The notes beneath the pieces are model-generated. The model saw only the letters and a list, made by a program, of their open reading frames with translations, had not been told where the DNA came from and made no database searches. A stretch of 64,000 nucleotides of DNA from a virus, in IMG/VR virus record IMGVR_UViG_3300044508_000033; one strand, 5' to 3'. Both the position numbers and the translations under genes were made by a program. Of the stretch, positions 46,476 to 55,957 are shown in pieces; position 1 is the stretch's first letter, and every line of letters starts with the position of its first letter.

Positions 46476-47332
46476 CAGCGCCTCCGCGCGTCTTCGTAGC
46501 CGAGCTTCTGCAAACGAACAGCCTCGAGCGGCTCGAACCGGAGCGAGTTGTCGTTCAGCACGCGCTCCGGCCGGATGACGCACATCTCGATCTTGCGTTT
46601 GAACATCTCCGCCCCGGCCTCGACGAGCCGGTTGTAGAGCTGCGCTTTCTTCACGTCGTCTGAGATGATTTGGTCGCTCATCAAATCGAGCGTCCGCAGG
46701 GTTGTCGTCAAAGCCCGCGGCTCGCTCCGATAGACCGCGTGTTCGCTCTTCTCCGGGGCGCACAACACGACGTCGATGTGCGTAGCCCCGGCGCGGATCG
46801 CAGCCTCGATGGGCGTCACGGAGCGCACGCCGCCATCCGTCCACCATTCGCCGAGAAGCTCGCCGGGCTCGAACGCGACCGGGTATGCCGCAGAGGCGTA
46901 GACGGCCGCGTGGAGGTCGGAGAACGTCTCATCGAAGAGGCGAAAGCATCCGGTGTTGAGGGATGTGGCTCCGATGCGGAGCTTCTTCCCGCTGGTCTGC
47001 ACGCGCGTGGTGTCGAGGCTCTTCTTGATGAGCCTGCGCAGCGGCGATGCCGTGAAGATTGACGGCTGCCACGGCACCTCGAAGACACCGAACGGCCGCC
47101 ACGCGTGATAGATGTGCCGGTCTTCGATCGGCGTGAACAACGTGTGCAGGTCGGCAGCGGCTTGGGCCTCCTCCCCTGCTTTGTACTGCGCGAGGTGCGC
47201 TGCAACGAGCGCTCCAACACTCACGCCCGCGTAGAGGTCGTAGCAGCGCCGCTCCTCTCCGAGCAGACGCATTACAGCGCCGACGTGGTACTGCCCTTTG
47301 CTACCACCACCACTCAGAACGAGAGCCTTCAT
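46475..47332 (-). CDS. Patatin-like phospholipase
   Basis: LSGGGSKG, GVSVG (GxSxG), DGG. Confidence 0.92.
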   Translation of the reverse strand: MKALVLSGGGSKGQYHVGAVMRLLGEERRCYDLYAGVSVGALVAAHLAQYKAGEEAQAAADLHTLFTPIEDRHIYHAWRPFGVFEVPWQPSIFTASPLRRLIKKSLDTTRVQTSGKKLRIGATSLNTGCFRLFDETFSDLHAAVYASAAYPVAFEPGELLGEWWTDGGVRSVTPIEAAIRAGATHIDVVLCAPEKSEHAVYRSEPRALTTTLRTLDLMSDQIISDDVKKAQLYNRLVEAGAEMFKRKIEMCVIRPERVLNDNSLRFEPLEAVRLQKLGYEDARRR

Positions 47333-48201
47333 GCGGCCTCCGGCACTGCGCGAACGACGCAGTAGAAAGTGGCAGAAGCATGCGACCCACCCATCGCGAG
47401 GTCGTGCTCCGTTCTGACGACAAGCTCTAGCCCATACGCCGATTCGAGACGGCGAATGGTCCCGTAACGAAAATGAAGCGCGTGCAACGCAGAGGAGATC
47501 CCTCGGTCTGCCCCGCCTGCTGCCGGAGCCACGAGCGTGGAATCAGACGACTCCGACGCGAGCTGTCGCAGCGTTCGGTAGTGCGTGGCGCCGAGTTGCA
47601 CCTTCACGCCCGGAGGCAGGTTTAGTTGCGGGGCGAAGACAGCGGCATAGCCCCAAATCTCGAAGCACACCGCATCGTTCATCGTGAAGTCTTCGGAGTA
47701 CATCGCCTTGGCGCTCTCGATGTCGATGTCGAAACCAGGGTCAGGCACGATGCGGAAAGAGCTGTCCGTTGCGTGGCTGTAGTCGACGGTTACGACCGAT
47801 CCAGCCTTGGACGCGAAGAACACGATGCGACCGTTCGCGTAGTCGACGTAGTAGTCCCCGCCGTTTGTGGCGAACGGCTCTCGCATCGTCTGAACGACGC
47901 CGTCCACCCGCACAACAACGTTGTAGCCGTGAGGGTCGCCGGGGTTTGCAGCGATCTGATCGAGAACGTACTGCGCTTCGTCGAAAATCTTTCCGTGCAG
48001 CATGTCGATGACATGCGTGTTCGAGAGATTCCACGTGAGCCCGTTGCCGCTGTCGATCGCCGCCTCGGCGACGACGCGCACAGATGACCCAAACCACGTC
48101 GTCTTGTCGGCGAAGTTGTGCGTCCCGTACACAACCTCTTTTCCGATCCGAGGCTCTGCGGTTACGAGAGGCAGGCCGTCTGGGGATTTCGGTGCGGCCA
48201 T
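47329..48201 (-). CDS. Beta-rich putative virion protein
   Basis: AGGAG RBS; DYYVDYANGRIVF-type strand motif. Confidence 0.7.
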   Translation of the reverse strand: MAAPKSPDGLPLVTAEPRIGKEVVYGTHNFADKTTWFGSSVRVVAEAAIDSGNGLTWNLSNTHVIDMLHGKIFDEAQYVLDQIAANPGDPHGYNVVVRVDGVVQTMREPFATNGGDYYVDYANGRIVFFASKAGSVVTVDYSHATDSSFRIVPDPGFDIDIESAKAMYSEDFTMNDAVCFEIWGYAAVFAPQLNLPPGVKVQLGATHYRTLRQLASESSDSTLVAPAAGGADRGISSALHALHFRYGTIRRLESAYGLELVVRTEHDLAMGGSHASATFYCVVRAVPEAA

Positions 48202-48205
48202 CGCA

Positions 48206-48751
48206 CTACTCCTGTGTGAACTCGATGAAAATGTCGAAGCTGCCCGTCGTCGAGTTTGTCGCGAATTTCAGCGTCAGACCCTCACCGGGTCGAATCGTGA
48301 GTGCTTTTTGGTTCGGTTGTTTCGTCCACATTGGGAGAAGAACCTGTTCCGCGTGATCGTTGCTCTCGACGTCGAGCGCGCCAGGACCCCATTCATCTGT
48401 GGACCACACAGCGCGACGAAGAAGACCCGTCGCCTCTCCTGCCACTGTTCCGTTCGTTACGCACGTGACGGACGCTGCGATCGTGTCTGCTGTGTCGTAT
48501 GGCAGCGGTGCGACCACTGTTCCGCCAGCCACGCTCGTGATGCGCCTAAGCTCGAACACGCCGTTGATGCCTGTGACGGCGGTGTTTTGCGCGTTGACGA
48601 GCCAGATGGCTCGCACCTTGAGCGTAGGAGCCCCCGCGACGTTTGCCACCGCCAGCGCCAACATCGACTTGTTGTTGGCACTGGCGATGGCCGCCGCCGA
48701 AGCGACGAACGTCGGAAACTCAGGCGCGAACGCGGGGCCGTATTGCGACAT
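48206..48751 (-). CDS. Beta-sandwich putative virion protein
   Basis: Ala/Thr/Val-rich; LTIRPGEGL...IEFTQE. Confidence 0.7.
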   Translation of the reverse strand: MSQYGPAFAPEFPTFVASAAAIASANNKSMLALAVANVAGAPTLKVRAIWLVNAQNTAVTGINGVFELRRITSVAGGTVVAPLPYDTADTIAASVTCVTNGTVAGEATGLLRRAVWSTDEWGPGALDVESNDHAEQVLLPMWTKQPNQKALTIRPGEGLTLKFATNSTTGSFDIFIEFTQE

Positions 48752-48754
48752 GGG

Positions 48755-49303
48755 TTACGGGGTCAGCTCGGTGACGCGAGCGGAGCCGTTCACGGCGCTC
48801 CAGATGCCGTCGATGACGCCCGTGTAGTTGGCCGGAACCTCGTAGTAGTCGCCAGCGCGGAGCTTCGCCGTGAAGTCGACGAGAGAGGCCACGGCGCCGA
48901 GCTTCAAGTACAGGTCCTTGTTGCTGTCGTTGAACACGGTCGCGCCGAGGCGGTTCGCGTTCAGCGCCAAGAGCGTGACGCTCACGGCACTCGAGGCGAC
49001 GCTCGAGGTTGCGCTCGTGGTCGCCTTCGTGGGCGTTGCGGAGATCGAGCCGCTGATCGGAATCGGCGTACCGGCGGGGTCGCCCTGCACGGTGACGACA
49101 CCGCCAGCCGGAGCGCCTGCGGTGCCCGCACCCGCCACGATCGGACGTCCGTTCGAGTCGACGAGGAGCGTCTGCGCGTTCGCGCCGTCGCTGCCAGCGA
49201 GCAAGAGGTTGGGCGTACCTACGGGAATCGCAGCGCCGTCTTGGACGGCCATCTCCACGCCGTTGGAGTCGTACAGAATCGCTACCGGGGAATCGAGTGC
49301 CAT
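48755..49303 (-). CDS. Fibre/spike-like putative virion protein
   Basis: AAGGAG RBS; G/A/T-rich shaft; LLA.NANR.G...FNDS...YTG.I.GIW...ARVTE head. Confidence 0.7.
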   Translation of the reverse strand: MALDSPVAILYDSNGVEMAVQDGAAIPVGTPNLLLAGSDGANAQTLLVDSNGRPIVAGAGTAGAPAGGVVTVQGDPAGTPIPISGSISATPTKATTSATSSVASSAVSVTLLALNANRLGATVFNDSNKDLYLKLGAVASLVDFTAKLRAGDYYEVPANYTGVIDGIWSAVNGSARVTELTP

Positions 49304-49321
49304 CTTCTTTCTCCTTTGCCG

Positions 49322-49684
49322 CTACGGGAAGACCGTGCGCGTTCGCTGAGTCTCAAAAACGTTGCTGGCGTAGACGATCGTGTCCGTCACGGTCACGATC
49401 GCCGTCACACCGTCCTCGGCATAAACCGACCACGCGATCGTAACAGGCATGTTGCTCGCGTTGTAGGTGAGCAGCTTGCGGACGATGCGCTTCGTCTTCG
49501 TCGCATCGGACCACCACGTGATGTCCGTAGGGAAGACGGAGCCGAGCGGGAGCACCTCTCGCACGGAGCCGGAGGGCCACTCCTCCATCGGGCCGCCCAC
49601 GCCGTCCGCGAGGTGGATAAGCTGGCGGAGCTTGGCGTGGTCCTGGGCCGTCAGACCTCGGCCGTAGAAAATGAGTTGCGCCAC
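49322..49684 (-). CDS. Putative virion protein
   Basis: GAGG RBS, GTG start; first gene of the minus-strand operon. Confidence 0.65.
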   Translation of the reverse strand: MAQLIFYGRGLTAQDHAKLRQLIHLADGVGGPMEEWPSGSVREVLPLGSVFPTDITWWSDATKTKRIVRKLLTYNASNMPVTIAWSVYAEDGVTAIVTVTDTIVYASNVFETQRTRTVFP

Positions 49685-49922
49685 AGGCTACGCCCCTCGG
49701 CCCGCGGAAAGCCCCTGTGCGCTCGCCAGAACGGCGCACTGCGCGCGAGCTAGTTGGGCGAGGATCGGCACGTGATCGAGGCTACCACGCACGCCAGCGG
49801 GGCGGGCAGGGCTTGCCCTGCAAAGGCCGGGACGGGCGCACGTGCGGAGGTAGGGCGCGGGGCTCGGGTGCCACGTGCGGGGCTGTAGGCGCGGGGCTCG
49901 CATACCCGCGCCCACCCCGTGA

Positions 49923-50218
49923 GGCTCGGAAAAGCGAGCCCCTGGCTAGGGGGCTCGGGTAGGTGCGCGAAAGGGCTGGGCTTTTCCGGGAACAAAAGCG
50001 AGCCCTGTGCATTTTTGCCACGGTAACTGCTTGAAATCATTAGCTTTTTCCCGATCCGAGCCTTTGGCCGATAACCTATGTTGCCGGCAGAACAATATTC
50101 CGCTAGGCTCGGGTTTTGGGGCTGTTTAGGCTCGGGAAGCCGAGCCCTAGCCAGCCTAGTGGCTCGGAAAGCCGAGCCCGGCCGTGGATCCGGGGCTTGG
50201 GAAGCCGAGCCCCGGATC
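49923..50218. repeat. Array of 18-bp palindromes GGCTCGG-RAAG-CCGAGCC
   Basis: Copies at 50129, 50161 and 50194, a degenerate copy at 49923, and several half-sites. Confidence 0.85.
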
Positions 50219-50362
50219 GTGAAAACCGAATAGGACGCCCTACGCGCACGGGCCGCCCCGTGCGCGCCCCGTAGGGCCGTCCGGCATGCGCGAGCGCTCG
50301 ACACGTCACCCGACGTCCAGCGAGCCCTAGCGCGTGCCTGTAGGCACGAGAAACGAGGCTCC

Positions 50363-50551
50363 ATGTACAAGCGAAAGACGCGGGACGTGTACGAGGTGCA
50401 AGCCGATTACGGCTATGGCCACGGTTTTGAAGTCGTGACCCGCGAGGACACACGCAAGGCGGCACGTGAGCGTTTGCGGGAGTACCGCAAGAACGACACG
50501 GCGGCGCGTAGTCTGCGCCTCGTGACACGGCGCGAGCGTATCGAGGCGTGA
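50363..50551 (+). CDS. Small phage protein
   Basis: GAGG RBS; YGYGHGFE.V..E...EYR.N. Confidence 0.7.
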   Translation: MYKRKTRDVYEVQADYGYGHGFEVVTREDTRKAARERLREYRKNDTAARSLRLVTRRERIEA

Positions 50552-50624
50552 TCGCAGGTCGCACGAGCTAACTCGCGGTTAGCTCGTGCCGCGTGCGTTC
50601 AGGCACGAACAAAGGAACGGGACA

Positions 50625-50864
50625 ATGAAGCTAATCATCACGATCGAAGTCGACGCCACGGATGCGGATCCGAGCACGGCGCTTGAAGCCGCGCAGGCGT
50701 TCGCAGAAGACTTCGCGCAAGAGCACGGCGGGGAAGTCGACGAAGAGCGCGGCGTTAGCGTCGAGTGCAAGCCGGGGAAACCCGCCCGCGAAGACGAAGA
50801 CGAAGACGAAGACGAAGAGCGCGCAAGCTACGCGGCGGATCGCGAGCGCTTCTGCGCAGACTGA
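50625..50864 (+). CDS. Small acidic protein
   Basis: AAGGA RBS; (ED)n tract. Confidence 0.6.
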   Translation: MKLIITIEVDATDADPSTALEAAQAFAEDFAQEHGGEVDEERGVSVECKPGKPAREDEDEDEDEERASYAADRERFCAD

Positions 50865-50947
50865 CGACACGGCGAGGATCTACGCTAGATCCTCGCCGAG
50901 CTACAGCACGAGGCGTGTGTCTCGTGTTGTAGCTCGGCGCAGCCGCA

Positions 50948-51355
50948 CTAGGCGACGCGAGCCGCGCAGACGGGGCCAAGCCCAGTCGCGATGCTTTCAG
51001 GCGTCGTGAGCATGCGCCCGCACCTCCCGCACGTACCCGCGTGTAGCAGCTCGACGTCCGTTGACTCGACGTGCCGCCAAAACCAAGCGAACGCCCGCGC
51101 GCTCGGCGCGTCCGCTTTGATTGGCCCGTTGAATGCGACGCGGAAACCATCGGTCGTGATCTGCCCCATGAAACAGAAGTCTCGTGAGGTATCCGGCCCG
51201 CGCAGCACGTGTACCCAAAATTTGCCATGCGCCTTCGGTGCGCGCTCGACGCGATAGGTAAAGCGCGAATGCTGGCCTACGAGCGTGAACGTGGCACACC
51301 CGCCGAGCACGAAGGCTCGGCGGTGCTCGGGTGCGATCGCCCCCTGCGCGCTCAC
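50948..51355 (-). CDS. DUF6011-like Zn-finger protein
   Basis: CGRCGRMLTTPESIATGLGPVC. Confidence 0.8.
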   Translation of the reverse strand: MSAQGAIAPEHRRAFVLGGCATFTLVGQHSRFTYRVERAPKAHGKFWVHVLRGPDTSRDFCFMGQITTDGFRVAFNGPIKADAPSARAFAWFWRHVESTDVELLHAGTCGRCGRMLTTPESIATGLGPVCAARVA

Positions 51356-52659
51356 GATTGCACTTTCCGGCAGAAGTCGACGACGGCGGGATCGAGCAAG
51401 AGATCCGAGCGGGTGAGCGGCTGCGCAAGGTACAAGCCAGCGCTCGACGTGAGGCGCGAAAGCGCGACGTAGGTTTGACCGTGAGCGAAAGCACCGCGGC
51501 CGAGGTCCACGATCGCGCGGTCAAGCGTTTGCCCTTGCGACTTGTGGATCGTCCACGCGTACCCGAGCGCGAGGGGGAATTGCGCGTAGCTCGCGATCAC
51601 TTCGCGGCGGATCTTGCTCGGGTCGGTCGGATCGGCGACGTATTCGATCACGTCCTGTTCCTCGCGCGGGACCGTCACGCGCGCACCCGAATCGAGGCGC
51701 ACGGCGATTGCAGGGACGATCGAACCGTCCCATAGCTCGGCGCGAGAGTCGAAATCTGTAAGCACCCCCGTGCTTCCGTTGACGTAGCCTGCGCCGTTGC
51801 GAGTGATCATCACACGCGCACCTTCGGCGAGCACGATCGACTCGCGCGCCTCGCTCGGGATCTTCGACACGTCGCCGTGTAGCGTAGGCTCGATCGACAC
51901 ACGCGGCGATCCGGCGTTGCGCAGACCCTCCGCGTTCGCAGCCGCAACGAGTTTTTTCGTCGAGCAGAGACGCGGCGCTTGCGTGTCGAGCACCCGCCCC
52001 GCGGCCAACTCGTTGATCACATGTGCGGCGTTCGGATCGCAGTTGCGGATCGCGTTGAGCAGCGCCGTGTAGCGCGTGTCGCCGTTCGAGCGAAACGACT
52101 CCGCGAGGAAAAAGCAGCGCGGAGCGAGGCGCAGGAAGCACGGCGCGAAAAAGCACCACCCCTCGCGCGAGCCGTGCATCGCTTCAAGGTAGCGTTCCTC
52201 CTCTTCGCGTACGACGGGCGGGAGTTGGTAGAAGTCGCCGACCATCACGAGCCGCACACCGCCGAAGGGCGTGTTCGTTCGGCGCACGCTGCGCAAAACG
52301 ACGTCCATAGCGCCGAGCAGATCGGCGCGGACCATAGACACTTCATCGATCACGATCGTGTCAATCGCGTAGAGCAAGCTCTTTGCCTTGAGCGAGATCC
52401 GGGGGTACTCGACGTCCATCGCGGGCGTGAAACCGAATGCACGATGAATCGTCGAGCCTCCGACGTTCAAAGCGGCGATCCCGGTCGGCGCGAGCACGAT
52501 CGTACGTGCGTTGTCGTCGGCCGAACGTGAGGCCAGCCAGTGACGAATGATCGTGCTTTTGCCGCATCCGGCCACGCCAGTCACGAGCACCGAATCGCGG
52601 GTGTGCGTGAGCGCGTCGATCACGTTGCGTTGAGCAGGGCTAAAGTCTTCGATCTGCAT
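51352..52659 (-). CDS. Pif1/RecD-like SF1B helicase
   Basis: GVAGCGKS, APTGIAA, TIH, IDEVSM, GDFYQLPPV, TIHKSQGQT, GQTYVALSR; start ATG 52659 with GAAGGGAG RBS. Confidence 0.93.
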   Translation of the reverse strand: MQIEDFSPAQRNVIDALTHTRDSVLVTGVAGCGKSTIIRHWLASRSADDNARTIVLAPTGIAALNVGGSTIHRAFGFTPAMDVEYPRISLKAKSLLYAIDTIVIDEVSMVRADLLGAMDVVLRSVRRTNTPFGGVRLVMVGDFYQLPPVVREEEERYLEAMHGSREGWCFFAPCFLRLAPRCFFLAESFRSNGDTRYTALLNAIRNCDPNAAHVINELAAGRVLDTQAPRLCSTKKLVAAANAEGLRNAGSPRVSIEPTLHGDVSKIPSEARESIVLAEGARVMITRNGAGYVNGSTGVLTDFDSRAELWDGSIVPAIAVRLDSGARVTVPREEQDVIEYVADPTDPSKIRREVIASYAQFPLALGYAWTIHKSQGQTLDRAIVDLGRGAFAHGQTYVALSRLTSSAGLYLAQPLTRSDLLLDPAVVDFCRKVQS

Positions 52660-52685
52660 AAGATTGCTCCCTTCGTCTTTCGGAG

Positions 52686-52739
52686 TAGCACAGAACAATG
52701 ACACGTGCAAACGCTGGCACGTGTCATTGTTCTGTGCTA
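52686..52739. promoter_or_regulatory. Perfect 23-bp inverted repeat between divergent genes
   Basis: tagcacagaacaatgacacgtgc - 8 nt - gcacgtgtcattgttctgtgcta. Confidence 0.8.
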
Positions 52740-52763
52740 ATCGAACGTATGAAGGGAGGAAGT

Positions 52764-52940
52764 ATGCAGAAACAGCGTTGCAGCACGTGTCGGTTTTTCC
52801 TGCGCTCGACGAAGCAATGGGGCGATTGCACCGCCAGTTGGCACGAGCAGGGAGCACCCGAGAAACCACGAAAGAATCAGCACGCCGAAAATGGCGTCAA
52901 CTGCCCGACGTTTCAGATCCGAAAAGAGGTGAAGCCGTGA
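52764..52940 (+). CDS. Small Cys-rich protein
   Basis: GGGAGG RBS; CSTCRFF...C...C. Confidence 0.6.
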   Translation: MQKQRCSTCRFFLRSTKQWGDCTASWHEQGAPEKPRKNQHAENGVNCPTFQIRKEVKP

Positions 52941-53524
52941 TTCAGAACGAGACGACGGCGGCAACGCCGAAGAAAAACCCGATCAAGCGTTGCGTTCGCA
53001 ACGTCGATCAACTGGCCAAGCTCTTTGGCCTTCCGAGCAGCGAAGACGTACACGAGGCGACGCGGGAAAACGTCGCGGACGCGGGCCACTTCGCATACGA
53101 GTATGCGATCAAGGAGGGTCGTAGCGAAGAGGAAGCGGAACGCGCTCGCGAAGAGGCGGAGGACGAAGAAGGCCGCGACATTCAGCGGAAGTGGTACGAC
53201 GGCGTAACGGACGTCGCAGAACACTTCTTCGAGGCACACCTATTGCGGCTCGTGCCCCTCAATGCGAGCTACGAACGGCACGCGTACGAGTTTCAGGTGC
53301 TTCCGGCGCACGGTAAGACGTGGCGCGACGCTGCGAACGCGATCCGTGAGACGATCAACGGCGCTGGCCCGTTCTACTTCGCGAGCCTCCGCGAGTTTCT
53401 CACTTCCGGCCCGTACACGCCGTACGAAGCCGTGATCCAGCACTTCGGCTGGATCCCCGACCACGCCGAGGTCTACGGCACGGGCGAAACCGCCCGGCGC
53501 ATCTACGATCGCGCGTGGCGCTAA
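52937..53524 (+). CDS. Hypothetical protein
   Basis: GAGGTG RBS, GTGA overlap. Confidence 0.7.
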   Translation: MIQNETTAATPKKNPIKRCVRNVDQLAKLFGLPSSEDVHEATRENVADAGHFAYEYAIKEGRSEEEAERAREEAEDEEGRDIQRKWYDGVTDVAEHFFEAHLLRLVPLNASYERHAYEFQVLPAHGKTWRDAANAIRETINGAGPFYFASLREFLTSGPYTPYEAVIQHFGWIPDHAEVYGTGETARRIYDRAWR

Positions 53525-53538
53525 CTGAGTCCCACCTC

Positions 53539-53580
53539 GAAAAAGCCCGGTCGAAAAAATCGACCGGGCTTTTTCATTTT
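53539..53580. terminator. Bidirectional intrinsic terminator
   Basis: gaaaaagcccggtcga / tcgaccgggctttttc 16-bp stem with A/T tracts. Confidence 0.85.
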
Positions 53581-53819
53581 GAGCCTCAACCCGGATTGCA
53601 CCGAAGAACAATATCTGTCATTGTTCTTTGTGTCGGCGCTACGGATGCGTAGCTCGACAACGAAGGGAGCAGGACACGCGAAGCGAAAGGGTGCGGGCTA
53701 GATGCCCGATGCGTTAGCGGCCGGTCGCGAACGGCCCGCGCGCACAGACCCCTAGTCGAGCGTTGACTGCGAAGATACAGCACCGGCCGGTGCGCTTTCC
53801 CGAAGGGCAGGTTAGGAAA

Positions 53820-54095
53820 ATGGCGGATCGAGTCTCACGGGCGATTGCGGAGCTTCCGAGGAAGGTGCTTGAGCAAGCCCTCGGGAACGTCGTTATCGAA
53901 ACGACGTCTGAAAAACGCTGGCGCGTGGTAGACCGCTGGAACGGCGGAGCAGGCGGAGCCGTCGTGCGCTTCACGTCGAAGAGTCGCGGGACCGAAGGAC
54001 ACAACGAGTGCTTCGTTTGGATCCATCGGAACACGCCTTTTAGTTTTCACGAGGCGGTTACGCGCCAAGGGTATCATGTCGAACAAGTCGACTGA
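53820..54095 (+). CDS. Hypothetical protein
   Basis: AGGA before ATG 53820; start uncertain. Confidence 0.55.
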   Translation: MADRVSRAIAELPRKVLEQALGNVVIETTSEKRWRVVDRWNGGAGGAVVRFTSKSRGTEGHNECFVWIHRNTPFSFHEAVTRQGYHVEQVD

Positions 54096-54103
54096 GGTTA
54101 GCC

Positions 54104-54604
54104 ATGAAAGAGCTTACAGGACACGTTAGCCCCGAGACTGCGTACTTGGTGGACGACTACCCTTACGGGTTCCGCCTTCGGTGCAAGATCCGCTACTGGC
54201 TGGAGCGCAACAAGCACGGCGTGCGCCTCGTCTCACAGACGACGAACCCGAAGAAGCCGGGCGAGGTCTGGAACAAACCGAAGGCTTCGACCTACGGCGA
54301 GATCGAGGGGGCGATGTATCTCGACGGCGAAGGCCACGTGCAGTGGCGCTACATCGGCGTCTACTCGTCGGCGGCGGACGTGCTTCGCTTTGTCGAGAGC
54401 TTCCCCGAGACGTCTAAGGCGTCGTCGAACCTCCGCCGTTGGGCGATGATGAAAGAGGTGTGGTGCGAAAAGCGCCTCAGTGGCGAGGCGTACATCACGA
54501 TCAACGACGTCAAGCGCGAGGACTCACCCGCCGAGGTCGAAGCCTTGAAGGTCGATCGCGACACGTGGCGGCAAGTCTTCGATCGTGTGAAGGTCGAAGC
54601 GTGA
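54104..54604 (+). CDS. Conserved phage protein
   Basis: GAGGT RBS; YPYGFRLRC..RYWLE...WNKPKASTY. Confidence 0.75.
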   Translation: MKELTGHVSPETAYLVDDYPYGFRLRCKIRYWLERNKHGVRLVSQTTNPKKPGEVWNKPKASTYGEIEGAMYLDGEGHVQWRYIGVYSSAADVLRFVESFPETSKASSNLRRWAMMKEVWCEKRLSGEAYITINDVKREDSPAEVEALKVDRDTWRQVFDRVKVEA

Positions 54605-55288
54605 CTTACTACGTTCACACCCGAGCAAACGGTTTTCGGCGCTGGGTTTGCGTCGAGATCGCTAAGACAGTGGCCGAGGCGCGGCTGAAGGTGGCCGAGC
54701 TTCGCAAGCAGGATGATCCGACGTGGGCGGAGGCGGAGTACCTGATTGGTAAGATGCGCCACCCGAGCGACGACGCGGTGCCCACCTACACGAAAGAAAG
54801 CCTGTGATGCGAGAGAATGAATGGATCGTAAGAGCGTCCTACGTGCTGTCTCCGGGCGTCGAGCTTCGCATTGAGAGTCTCTTCGATGCCGTGCTCGCAC
54901 AGAGCCTCGGCGGAGTGACACTCGATACGATGGAAAAGATGACGCGGTATCGCGTGGTCTACTCGACTCGAAACAGGACGCTCGATCAGCGCCCAGAGAG
55001 TACGACTCTCGACGAACCGAAGAGCTACGACAACGCACTGTCTTTCGCACGCGGCTACGTCGCGGGCTTCAACGGAGGCAAGAGCTGATGCAGTACGAAA
55101 AACGGTATCTGAAGATCGAAGAACCCGATCGTCGCGGCGTGATCGATTTCCTCAGCCACAACCTGAGTGTGATCGCGGAAGTCTCCGGCGGACGTCTGTA
55201 CCTCACGGTACAGGCTTCCGAGAACCCCGGCGATTCGAGCTGGGATCTTCACGAGTTCGAGATCAAGTTGCCGGAGGCTGATCGATGA
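54601..55288 (+). other. Three small coupled hypothetical genes (54601..54807, 54804..55088, 55088..55288)
   Basis: Overlapping stop/start junctions. Confidence 0.55.
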
Positions 55289-55382
55289 CCTGGCCGGAAG
55301 CTCTACGGGACAGCGTGGGCTACGCCGCTGCCGCCTTCGCGGCGTGGGCGTTTTTCAAACACGTCGTCGGCAAGGTGTTGTG

Positions 55383-55955
55383 ATGGAAAACGAACCGGAC
55401 ATGCGCGAGGTCGCCGCCGAGGTCGCTTCGATACTCGGGTGGGAACATTTCAAGCCCACGGACGGGGATCGCTTCTATCGCGGCCGAGAGTGCGGCTACG
55501 TCGAACATGTGAGCGGGCTTCGCGTCGTGCTCGATCGTCGTATCGGCATCGCGAAAGAGGGGCGGGCCGAGATCCGCGCCGTGCTCCCGATGTACACGGA
55601 CTCGCCTCTGCACACGTTCGTCCGCCCTACGGACGTGCCGAGTGCAACAGTCGCCCTCGATCGCGGACCTTCGGCGATCGCCAGCACGATCCGACGTCTC
55701 GAAAACGTGTTTCTCGCGGCGTACATGAAGCAGGTTCAAACGCTTCGCGAGTACACTGTTTTAGAGAATGCGAGGGAGGCGCTTGTCGTCAGACTCGCAA
55801 CCTTCGGGACGCGCCACAGAGACTTTGTTGTCGATCTCGGCCTTCGGGGCGATTTGGAGGTCCGAACGGCGAATAGTGTTCGGATCAAGATCGACTGTGA
55901 CGCGGACGAGGCGGAACAGATCGCGAAGCTCGTACAGAGCTGGAGGGATGCGTAG
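55383..55955 (+). CDS. Hypothetical protein
   Basis: AAGGTG RBS, ATG 55383. Confidence 0.65.
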   Translation: MENEPDMREVAAEVASILGWEHFKPTDGDRFYRGRECGYVEHVSGLRVVLDRRIGIAKEGRAEIRAVLPMYTDSPLHTFVRPTDVPSATVALDRGPSAIASTIRRLENVFLAAYMKQVQTLREYTVLENAREALVVRLATFGTRHRDFVVDLGLRGDLEVRTANSVRIKIDCDADEAEQIAKLVQSWRDA

Positions 55956-55957
55956 CC

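Noticed and set aside
48002..49753. 583-aa plus-strand ORF
   Set aside because: Antisense shadow of the minus-strand operon, which has RBSs and protein-like composition
50129..50218. Mini CRISPR array
   Set aside because: The 18-bp repeats with 14-15-bp spacers are too short for CRISPR
50790..50817. (GAAGAC)n microsatellite as a regulatory repeat
   Set aside because: In-frame hexamer that simply encodes an Asp/Glu tract
52660..52936. N-terminal extensions of the track ORFs 51352..52869 and 52664..53524
   Set aside because: They run through the inverted repeat; RBS-supported starts are at 52659, 52764 and 52937
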